Assembly (NCBI GenBank): GCA_951406725.2
Contig: OX597827.1
Location: 80,352,001-80,416,000, forward strand
Direction: 5' to 3'
Length of the DNA: 64,000 bases
From: Octopus vulgaris
Lineage: Eukaryota
The notes under the pieces are model-generated. The model was given only the letters and a program-made list of their open reading frames with translations. It did not search any database and was not told the origin of the DNA. A program made the translations under genes and the position numbers. Shown in pieces: positions 52,408 to 63,165 of this stretch (positions within the stretch are counted from its first letter, which is position 1; every line of letters begins with the position of its first letter).

Positions 52408-52545
52408 CTTTTTGATAATTATATCATTGGTTATTCAGTGAGAAAGAGAAAGATGTATTGTTGTAGAAAGATCCATTGTAAGTGCTGCTGTAATGGTGTG
52501 ACAATGGCTGTTATGGTGATGGAGTAGTGTAGCACGTCAGGCAGA
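52408..52545 (-). promoter_or_regulatory. Putative non-coding leader exon/promoter of protocadherin B with the shared element
   Basis: Consensus donor AAG|GTAAGT at 52407; gtgtgacaatggctgt at 52496-52511; tgatggagt at 52517-52525; TGACGT half-CRE at ~52534; CCAAT boxes at ~52785 and ~52810. Confidence 0.62.
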
Positions 52546-53311
52546 GACTCTGCTGCTAGGAGAGGGTTGCATGTGTCACTGAAGTTGTATGTTTGTAAGC
52601 ATTTGTCCTTAAAGATGATGTTTGTCTATTGTTACTTATGACAGTCTACATATATATAGATATATAGATATGTATTTATATAGCTAGAATATTCTACATT
52701 TAAACATAACTGGTTTAATAACACCAGTAATGCGAATGCTTAGCTTTCTTAGTGGTTTCTTTGCATGTTTTAGAGAGAATCTGATTGGTTGAATGACCTA
52801 AACAGAAGACCAATGATGTTGCTCCTTTACTACTGATTTGTTGGGAGAAGGTGAGACATTCATCCCTTAATCAGGTCTTGGTAATATTGATAGCTAGGTA
52901 AAATTTTAAATACATTTCTTTTTAAATCTCAGAAAATACTGCCGTAATTTTCACTAAAATGCTTTTTTTTTCAATCATGAGAATTTATTTTTGGTTCTCT
53001 ACTCCTTGCATTAATTATCTATACATTGTGGAGTAAATTTTAAAGTAATTGGAATGTTAATGATGAACATATACAAAATATTTGAAAAGTTCACCAACTG
53101 AATATATTTAATAATAATTCATTAATCAACACAATGTAATCTTTAGTAATTAAATTAACATTATGGCTTATTTATAGACTTGTTTCTGCAGAATATACTG
53201 ATATAGCGGAATTAATAAACAAAGTGTATGTTAATGCTGTTTGTGTATTGTATAGTGATATTGTATATTTTTATTGAGAAAAGTAGTTGTGACACTTCAA
53301 TGGCAGTTTAA

Positions 53312-53388
53312 TTAGACATGTTTCACTGGTGTTTCTTCACTAGAATCTTTTGATGTAGATGTGTCATTGTTTTTATAAATACTTTGAT
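53312..53388 (-). CDS. Protocadherin A, coding exon 3 (terminal): (D)QSIYKNNDTSTSKDSSEETPVKHV*
   Basis: Acceptor TTTTGTTTCTAAATTTCAG, phase 1, homologous to exon 3 of B and D (YKN, ET, KHV*). Confidence 0.82.
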
Positions 53389-53739
53389 CTGAAATTTAGA
53401 AACAAAATACACGTTTTACAAAATTATGATGTTGATGACCATTTTGCTAAGCAATATTAAAAAGAAATGCACTCCACAATGTAGAGCAAAGGTTTTTCCA
53501 ATAAAATGATGGACAAATGGGTCAAAAAAGATCTCAATATTTAGGATACGGTTTATATATTAATCTGAAGCTGAACCTGTCATTGGTATTCAGCGTGGCA
53601 ATGAAGGAAAGACCCAACTTTACTAAATATATATGTATTTTCTTCTCTACTATTTAGCTACAAAAAAAAACTTCACAAAGTGATTGAAAATAATAATTTC
53701 TTTGTAAAATTTGCATGAACATGACAGGGATAAGACTAA

Positions 53740-54150
53740 ATCATCATCATCATCATCATCATCGTTTAATGTTCACTTTCCATGCTGGCATGGATTGGAT
53801 GGTTTGACTGAGGGCTGGCGAACCAGATGGCTGCACCAGGTTCCAATCTTGATCTGGCAGAGTTTCTACAGCTGGATGCCCTTCCTAATGCCAACCACTC
53901 CGAGAGTGTAGTGGGTGCTTTTTACGTGCCAGTCAGGCAGTACTGACAATGACCTTGCTCGAATCTTTTTACACATGCCACTGGCACAGGTGCCAGTAAG
54001 GCGACACTGGTAACGATCACGCTTAAGTGGTGCCCTTTTATGTGCCACCGGCACGGAGGCCAGTTGGTCGCTCTAGCAACGATCATGCTTGAATGGTGCT
54101 CTTGGCACCCTACTAGCACGGGCACAAGTGCCAGTAAGGTGATGCTGGTA
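53740..54150 (-). mobile_element. RTE 3' end / RTE-tailed SINE
   Basis: (CAT)n tail plus tandem gtgccagtaagg units. Confidence 0.8.
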
Positions 54151-54399
54151 ACGCATCGCCTTATTCAGTTCTTACATTTTTAAGAATCTAGAATATAAAT
54201 AAAATCTAATTCTTACACCCTGACAGTTTATATACTTAAGAAGTTTGCTTTTCAACCACATGGTTGTGGGACTGATTCCACAGCCAGCACCTTGGGCACA
54301 TGTCTTCTGCTATATCCCTAGGCCAAAGAAAGCCTAGTGAGTGGATTTGGATGAGAGAAACTGTAAGAAGCCTGATACACACACATGTAGTAAATAGGA

Positions 54400-55200
54400 A
54401 TACAGATAAATCACTGGTCCCTTCAGGGAGATGTCCCTACCCAATACATAGAAAAGGTGCTGGTAGAAATTCCATACAACGTGCCCAATCTAAGCTATGG
54501 ACACATAAGAAGTGCAGCTGTATCAAAGGAAGGTTAACAGAGAACGTAGTCATTATGTATGGCAGATGTGCAGGGACAATAAACATTAGGATTATTTAGA
54601 AAATAAAAATTCTCTCAAATTTCTGGGCGATATCCTTAGAAACAGTAGATAGTTTCTGTTACCTAGATGACCAAATTATCAGTGGAGGAGGAAGCTCTGA
54701 AAGTGAAGTTACTAGAATGACAATGGGCTGGGCAAAGTTCAGGGAGTTGCTACCTTATTAACAACAACAGAGTGAAAGGTAAACAATATAACAACTGTGT
54801 ATGAACAGCTATGCTGCATGGCAGTGGAACATGGGCTGTGACTACAGAGGACATGCAAAGGCTTCAAAGAAATGAAGCCAGCATGCTCCACTGGATGGGT
54901 TATGTCATTGTGCATGCATGACAGAGTGTTTAAGGATTTAAGAGAAAAACTGGGTATAAGGGGTATCTGAAGTAGTGTGCAAGAGGGAGGACTGTGCTGG
55001 TATGGTCATGTGATGCATATGGATGAGGACAGTTGCCTAAAGAAGTGCCGATCTGTAATTGTGGAGGGAACTTATGGAAGGGGTTAACCCAGGGAGACCT
55101 GAAATGAAATGGTGAGAAAGGATCTTCAGATATTGAACCTCAATGAGAAGTGAGTGACATGTTTGGCAATTTGCTGTGCTTGAGAAAACACATCAAGCTT
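54400..55200 (+). mobile_element. 5'-truncated RTE-LINE fragment
   Basis: Aligns with 40280-41040 (ggctgggcaaagttcaggg, atgctgcatggcagtggaacatgg, ctggtatggtcatgtgatgc). Confidence 0.8.
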
Positions 55201-56353
55201 AGTAAATCCATACACACACACACACACACATAACTCTATCCTCTGGCAAAACTCATCAACAACCATCCCCCCACAATCCTCACTGCAGGCCTCTCCAGTT
55301 TCTTCTCAACATCACATGTTATTTCTAAAATCTCCTTTATCCCTTCTATGCTACTTATACTCCCTGTACACTACTTATGTTTCCTGTGAGGAGGCTCTCT
55401 CTCTCTCTGACTGTCCCTATCTTTCTCTGTCTCTCTCTCTCTCTCTCACCCCCTCTACTTTCTAGTTCTACTGGGGGAGACAAATATCTCCCCTGCAGTA
55501 AGACAGCTATCCCTGACCCCCTATCATACTTCAGTCTCCCATCTGGCATACACCACTTCTTTCAGTTCCTCTCTCTCTCTCTTAGCAGAGATGTCTTTGT
55601 CTTTGAAACCACTTGGTGACCCCACCCATGGGTAGTGGCACAATGTAAAAAGCACCCATACCAGCATCATGTAAATGCACCCAGTACCCTCTGTAAAGTG
55701 GTTGGCATTAGGAAGGGCATCAAGACAGGAATCATGCTAAAACAGACAACTGGGGCCTGGTGCAGCCCTCTTGGTTGCCAGCTCCTGTCAAACCATCCAA
55801 CCCATTCCAGCATGAAGAAAGAGATGGATGATGATGATGATGTGTGTGTGTGTGTGTGTGTGTATAAAATACATGTGTGCGTGCGTGAACATGTTTGTGT
55901 CTCGTTTGTATTAGTATCACATGATAGTTGTAAACAAATGTTACTGTCATAGAAGTGGTGGTGTTCATTTGCTACGTGTGAAAACCTATCCAGTCACTGT
56001 GATGTTCATGTTCAAAAGACTAGGAGAGATACTACTTCTTGGAAACAGTGAATCTAGATATTTGTTGACAGGTAGAGCAGCTGGCCTTAGGAAAATCTAC
56101 TTTTGTTAATTGAAACTGATTCATACTAACACAGCAAAAAAGAAATTCGATACACTTAGGGTAGAGTCTGCTCCTTATGCAGAGACTGTACTGTGCATAC
56201 CTATTTCTTTACTACCCACAAGGGGCTAAACACAGAGGGGACAAACAAGGACAGACAAACGGATTAAGTCGATTACATCAACCCCAATGCATAATTGGTA
56301 CTTATTTAATTGACCTTATGGCATACAAAGCATTGATAAGTATGCACAGTGAC

Positions 56354-56518
56354 CGTTCTGAGTTCAAATTCCGCCAAGGTTGACTTTGCCTTTCATCCTT
56401 TCGGGGTCGATTAAATAAGTACCAGTTACACACTGGGGTTGATGTAATCGACTTATCCGTTTGTCTGTCCTTGTTTGTCCCCTCTGTGTTTAGCCCCTTG
56501 TAGGTAGTAAAGAAATAG
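56354..56518 (+). mobile_element. 5'-truncated family-2 SINE with a 14-bp TSD
   Basis: gtatgcacagtgac occurs at 56340-56353 and 56519-56532; an inverted partial copy lies at 56190-56315. Confidence 0.8.
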
Positions 56519-56532
56519 GTATGCACAGTGAC

Positions 56533-59500
56533 AATTGTCTCTGCCTACACCCTGCCAAGTGGGTCTACCAAATGAACAAAAGGACTGTTTTTATGATATT
56601 CGTCTGCAAGCTAGGGATATCAATGGGTATGTCAGGCAGCAACCTGGTATCTTCCATTGTGTACATAAGGGCTATGGAATTGGTTCCTGAAATGAAGAGA
56701 GGACAAGGCTACTGGAGTTCTGTGATGCAAATAACCTATTGATCTGCAACACCAACATCAAGAAGCTAGCCAACCACCTGATAACCTACCAATCAGGTAG
56801 CTATGCTAGCTAGATCGATTACATTCTCATCAGACAGTAGGATGCATGGTTGCTCATAAATGCAAAGACCTTCCCTGGTGAAGAATGTACCCACCAGCAT
56901 AGAATAGTCATTAGTGACTTGAGACTTCAGGCTAGAAGGAAACCAGGAAGCAGACCAATCTGGAAAAGAAGGATTTGGAAACTTGAGGACCCTTTATATG
57001 GTCAGAGATTTAGGGACACCCTAATTGAGAAATTTGATGAGAGGGAGGAGGAACTACAGACTTGTAACAGAGTGGGCAACTGGGAATTCCTGCAGGACAG
57101 CTTGCTGAGTGCCAAAGACCAAATCTTCAGCTGGTGCAAAATCCCATCGAAACTTAGTGTGATGAGGTGGTGGAATGATGCTGTAGACAAAGCCATTAGA
57201 GCAAAGAAATGCCTGGAAGAGTGGAGGTAGCAGGTAACTGTATCATATACCCAGAAAGGAAACTAAGAGACAGGTATATCTTGGCCAGGGAAAAAACAGA
57301 AAAGAAGTTTGCCTGTGTTCAGTGATGTGAGGACCAAAAACTTGAAATATTTCAGATTGCAAGACAGTGTGTTAGAGAAAATCGTGATGTCATAGGAGAG
57401 AAATGTATCCACATGGATGATGGTGCAGTTACATTTAATGATTCTGCAAAGAAAGAGGCTTAGAAATGCTATTATGAAAGGCTGCTAAATGTGGAGAATA
57501 AATGGGAGAAGGAGAACCTGCCAAATGTTGACCCAACAGAGGAATCAGCTAGCCAAATCAACAATAGCTTAGAGGATACTGGTGTCTTGCAAATGGCACT
57601 TATGCCAGTGGCATGTAAAAGCTCCCATTACACTCTTGGAGTGGTTGGTGTTAGGAAGGTCATCCAACCGCAGAAACCACGCCAAGTCAAACTATGGTTT
57701 GGTGTAGCCCCTCAGCCTACCAGCCCTTCTCAAACTGTCCAACACATACCAGTATGGACAACAGACATTAAATAATGATGATCATGATGATGATGTATGA
57801 ATGTATGCATACATATCTCTGTGTGTGTGTTTGTATATGTATATATATTTGAGCAGAGGTTTCGGATTTGTGCCATTCAGGAGCACAAGAGATGCTATAT
57901 TTCTAGTTAGGCAACTACAGGAGAAGCCAAAAATAAATCCCTGTTGACATGGAGAAAGCCTTTGACAGGATTCCTCACTACCTTATCTGGTGGTCAATAT
58001 GTAAGTTAGGGAGAGGTGAGAGCTGTACAAGCCCTGTACAGGAATGCTGTCAATAAGGTGAAAGTCAGCAACAAGTATAGTGAGGAATTCAGGGTACAAG
58101 TAGTGGTTCACCAAGGATCAGTACTCAGCCCCCTCTTGTTCATCATAGTCCTCCAGGCAATAACAAAAGGAATTTAAGACAGGCCGTCCCTGGGAGCTCC
58201 TCTATGCTGATGACCTTGTTCTTATAGCTGAATCATTACCAGAACTAGCGAAGAAGTTTCAGGTATGGAAGCAAGGTCTAGAATCAAAGGGCCTTTAACC
58301 TAGCAAAAACCAGAGTCTTAGTAAGTAGGAGGGCAGACAAATCACAAGTTCTGTTAGGCAGATGGCTCTGCTGGATTTGTAGGAAAAGTGTTGCGATAAA
58401 CTCCATAAGATGTATCCAGTGCGTGCTATGGACACATAAGAGGCACAGCAATATCAGAGAAAGGTTAACTGGGAAAATAGTTTTTGTGTGTGGAAAGTGC
58501 ATAGATATAATTAACACTAAAAATGAACAGAAAATAGACACCATCAACTGCCAGTGAGGTAATCTAGAGGTAGTAAGATAGCTTCTATTATCTTGGTGAG
58601 CAAGTTAGTAGGGGGTGGGAGTGGATGCTTTGAGAGCATAGCTGCAAGAATAAAATAGGCTAGGCAAAGTTCAGAGAGCTCCTACCACTGCTGGCAACAA
58701 AGGACCACTCCCTCAGACAGACTGCATGAAGTCTGTGTGAACAGCTATGCTACACAGCAGTGAAACATGGGCTGCAATAGCCAAGGACATGCGTAGGCTT
58801 GAAAGAAATAAAGCTAGCATGCTTCACTGGATATGCAATGCCAGTGTGCATGTACAACAGTGTTTAAGCAGCTTGAGAGAAAAGTTGGGCATAAGAGACA
58901 TCAGATGTGGTGTGCAAGAGAATTAACTGTGCTGGTATCATCATATGATGCCTATGGACAAGGATAGCTGTGTAAAGAAGTGCCGATGTCTAATTGTGGA
59001 GAGAATCTGTGGTAGAGATAGACCCAGGAAGATATGGGATGAGGTGGTGAAGCATGATCTTCGAACTTTGAACCTCACAGAAAAAAAATGACTAGTGACT
59101 GAGACCTTTGGCGATATACTGTGCTAGAGAAAACCCATCATGCCAAGTGAGATCGTAGTTGTGGCTAATGCTGGTGTCTTGTAATTGGCACCCTTGCCAG
59201 TGGCATGTAAAAAGCATCTGTTGAGCATTGGGCCTCACAGAGGTAATGTGGCCAGTACCGGCGGAATGTGAAAAGCAGCTTTTGTGTGTTGGGCCTCATG
59301 GAGGCAATGACAAATGATCAAGACCTTTGGTAATATACCGAGATTGAGAAGATGACTGATGAAGCCAAGTGAAATTATAGTAATGGAAGATACTGGTGTC
59401 TTGCAAATGGCACTTGTGCCAGTGGCATGTAAAAGCTCCCATTACACTCTTGGAGTGGTTAGTGTTAGGAAGGTCATCAAACCGTAGAAACCACACCAAG

Positions 59501-59600
59501 TCAAACTATGGTCTGGTGTAGCCTCTCAGCCTACCAGCCCTTATCTAACTGTCCAACACATACCAGTATGGACAACAGACATTAAATAATGATGATGACG
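56533..59600 (+). mobile_element. Degenerate RTE-clade LINE in intron 2 of A (same family as 38400-41405)
   Basis: Collinear with the 38.4-41.4 kb copy (NAKTFPGEECTHQHRIVISD, HQGSVLSPLLF, ELLYADD), ending in a (GAT)n tail. Confidence 0.9.
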
Positions 59601-59620
59601 ATATATATATGAATGTATGC

Positions 59621-59652
<32 letters not shown>

Positions 59653-59811
59653 TTGTATATGTATATATATTTGAGCAGAGGTTTATATTGGAATTCAGAG
59701 AAGCAACAAATCAAAAAGGCACAGCTTTTTCAAACAATGTTGATAATGATGTTAGAAATAGCCATTACATTTAAAATGATAATGTAAAATATAGACATTG
59801 TAGTTACTAAC

Positions 59812-59965
59812 CTGATACTCCTGGTATTTCTTCATAATGTTTCAAGTCTCCTTGTCTACCACTTCTCTTGGATGACATTGTATCTGATGTATAGTTGCAA
59901 ACCATAGTAGCATTATCTTCCACAGCATCATCACTTGATGTCACCACAACAGGTTGACAGTATTT
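59812..59965 (-). CDS. Protocadherin A, coding exon 2: KYCQPVVVTSSDDAVEDNATMVCNYTSDTMSSKRSGRQGDLKHYEEIPGVS(G)
   Basis: Acceptor TTTGTTTGTCATTAG, donor CAG|GTTAGT, 154 nt, phase 0 to 1, open. Confidence 0.88.
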
Positions 59966-60136
59966 CTAATGACAAACAAACGATAAAGAAATGTGAGAAG
60001 ACACCAAACAATGGAAGTTACAATCAACATGGATAGAGAACAATTTAATAGTGGAATGTATTATTGAAGTTAAAACATATTCAAAGAGATTTCATTGTTC
60101 ACTTTTACAGAGAGAAAATGTAATGTTTCCACTTAC

Positions 60137-62512
60137 TGGGGTAGGTTTTGGTAAAGTTCTTGACTGAACTGAAGATTCATATTTGTTCTGTAGCTGACCT
60201 TCTGCATAACATTCACTCTTGGATCTCTCAGAATAGATATTCCGCTTCACCATCTCTTCTGCATTCCTCGACATAGCAACAGAAGTGTTAGTCTGGTACA
60301 ACAATTGTTTCATCTCTGCTCTACCTTGGTAGGCTGTATTCTTTGTGGCAGCAGCTGTGTTATCTCTGTGTTTAATACATTTCATAATACACAACGTTAT
60401 AGAAACAACAATAGCCACTGATATTATTACTGCTGATGATACAATGATAATAACCCATGTCATATGGACCCGACCTGAAGATTGTAAAGGTCCACTTTTC
60501 GACATTGGTGATGTCTCGTTACTAACAGCCAATACCAAAGTGACACTAGTTGTTGACGACTGAACTGGACTACCACTGTCCTTCGCAACAAACACCAGCT
60601 CATAACTTCCAGCATCATTTAGATAAACTTGTCTGGAGAAGGATAAAGCACCACTGTGTGAGTTCATACTAAACAACTGTTTATCATTTCCTTGTATGAT
60701 TGCATATCTGAGGAAAGCATTGTTTCCACTGTCCCCATCAGAGGCTCTCAAAACTGTGATGTCACTCTTACTCTGTGGATGGTACTGCACATTTAGCGTG
60801 TAAGGGTCACTACTAGGATATGTAAAATAGGGAGCATTGTCATTTTGATCTAGAATCTCAACAACAACATTCGCTGTGTCATTCAGAGATGGGCTTCCAT
60901 TATCTTTGACAAAAACCTCAAACTTATACACATCTTGTTTCTCTCTGTCCAATGACATGGTCGCTGAAATGAAGCCGTAACTGGTGATGAGAAATGGGAG
61001 ATTGGATTTTTCTTTACGCAGCAGAGAATATGTGAGTTGTCCAGCAGATCCAAGATCAGGGTCAGTGGCATTGACAAAACCAATAGGGAAGTCTTTATCT
61101 TTGTTTTCGTAGGTGAGGAATTGGAATGTATCTTTGGTAAACTGTGGTTGTACATCGTTGATGTCAGTCACTTGGATAGAGAGGCTTTTAACACTTTTAA
61201 GAGGAGGTAATCCTTTATCTTGACAGGAGACAGGAATGTTATAGTGTCCTTGTGTTTCTCTGTCCACTGGTTTGTTGAGAATGATTTTATATTCTTTAGA
61301 TCCCATTGACTGTAGTTTGAATGTATCATGTTTGATATCACAGCTGACCTCTCCATTTTGTCCGACATCATTGTCAGTGACCATCACATAAGCAATGAAA
61401 CTACCGACTTTGATGTTTTCAGAGATGGTACCTGTGTTATAATTGATTGCAGAGACATAATCTATATCCATAGATGGAGGATTATTGTGTTGATTGATGA
61501 CATTCACTAAAACAGTTGCAATAGAACTGATTGGAGGATTACCACCATCTCTGGCCTCTATAAACAATTCATAGGTTTTCTTTTTTTCCAACTTGGAGTA
61601 TTTACTTAAGAAAATGCTTCCACTGGTTTCATTTAAAAGAAAATAATTTTTGGCTAGATCTGATGTTTTTGGACTGAAATGGAAAGTAATTTTACCATTT
61701 TCACCTGAATCAGCATCAGTTACAGACAAAACAATGATGGGTTTAGACTTGTGATGTGCACTTTGTATGGATATATTATATAAAGGTTTAGAAAACTCTG
61801 GTGGGTTGTCATTCTCATCCGTTACTGAGATATTTATATTCAAAATACCTTGTTTTGCTGGCGAACCTCCATCTTTAGCTATGACTTGTAATAAATACGT
61901 ATCTTTGACTTCTCTGTCTAATGATTCTTTTAAAACTATATTAAGTGAAGAAATACCATCAGCTCTTTTAGACACTGACAGAGAGAATGGTTCTCCATTC
62001 TTTGATTTTAATTTATATTGTATTAAGGAATTTTGAAATCCTACATCTTTGTCTATGGCATTCGGTATTGATACTTGAGAACCTTTACGATCATTTTCAC
62101 CAAACTGTATATTCACATTCTTTATAGGAAACTCCGGTTCGTGGTCATTGATATCTTCTATTACAATTTTGACTTTTAATATTTTTGTGAAGCTATCCAT
62201 TTTCTTAATAATAACTTTCACAGTTCTGGAACATTCTTTGTTGAATGTGCAGAGATCTTCTGCATCCAGTGTCTGAGCAGTGTACAGTTTACCTGTTTTG
62301 GTGATGTTAAATAACTGTGCCACCTTTCGTTTGAATTGACTGAATGTTATCAAATGTTGGTCAGATGGTTTAACATTGTCTAAAAGTTTAGAATCGGCAG
62401 CAATGTCTGCTACATATGTTCCTGGACTTCTCTCTTCTTCCACATGGTAAGTAAGGTCTATGGTCAGGACACAGTGGACCATTGATAATACAATGGACAA
62501 TGACAGGAACAT
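60137..62512 (-). CDS. PCDH: Protocadherin A, large coding exon 1 (SP, EC1-EC6, TM, proximal tail); full protein ~868 aa
   Basis: 806-aa ORF with six cadherin repeats and TM; donor CCA|GTAAGT at 60136; 5'UTR acceptor TTCTGTTTTAG at 62569-71; the leader exon probably lies beyond the window end. Symbol is family-level only. Confidence 0.96.
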
Positions 62513-63165
62513 GTTGCTGTTGTATGTTCGTATTGGTTAAAGATGTCCAAATGTGTTGAGGAATGAACCTAAAACAGAACAACAGTTTCCTCAATTACAA
62601 TTATTGCATAATACTTATAACTTAATAAAATATATGGTAACTTATTTTGTTTACAACTTTACTCAAGAAGAAAGTGCAAATAAGCTGGAGTAAGGGCTAC
62701 TGGGTACAGTTAATATGGTTAGTGTTCAGTGACTGTGAGAAATTTAGTTGGAATAGAATCCTAGAAGATTCTAAAGACATGCAATAATGTGGAGTAAACT
62801 TTCTATGTGTTAAACCTGTCACAAGAGAGAAAACACTTGTAACAGGTTTAACAGGAGTAATGAGAGAAAGCAGAGGTTGATAAAATGCGTAAGTTTTGCT
62901 GGATGCGATAGAAGGTCAAAATACTCAGAGCAGTAGAGGTTATTGTAGAGCTGATTGAATACACATAATAAGTAAATAGTGTAATCGTAGTTATGTGTTG
63001 GTTGGTTCCAGTCTAGAATGTGTGTGTGTGGATGGAGGGAGGGAGAACAGTGTTGTCCTCTGATGTTTTAAATGTGTAACAGTGAGACAAAAATCTATCT
63101 GGTTTAGAGAAGCAAAGTTTGAGATAATCTTGATCATGTGTTGTTCATGACTAAAATAGGGTTAA

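Noticed and set aside
17150-60563. 72-aa plus-strand ORF MAAAVLSLCLIHF.. and 90-aa alternative-frame ORF MYNHSLPK.. repeated in 4-5 copies
   Set aside because: Antisense or alternative-frame shadows of the homogenised Pcdh block; their conservation follows from DNA identity, and several use non-ATG starts.
1-62568. Vertebrate-style variable exons spliced to shared constant exons downstream (each exon 2 ends in an open phase-1 donor)
   Set aside because: Each intact gene has its own homologous terminal exon 3 with a stop (53312-53388, 44958-45037, 25303-25382). Candidate exons in 1-11 kb look Ig-like and decayed, not like Pcdh tails.
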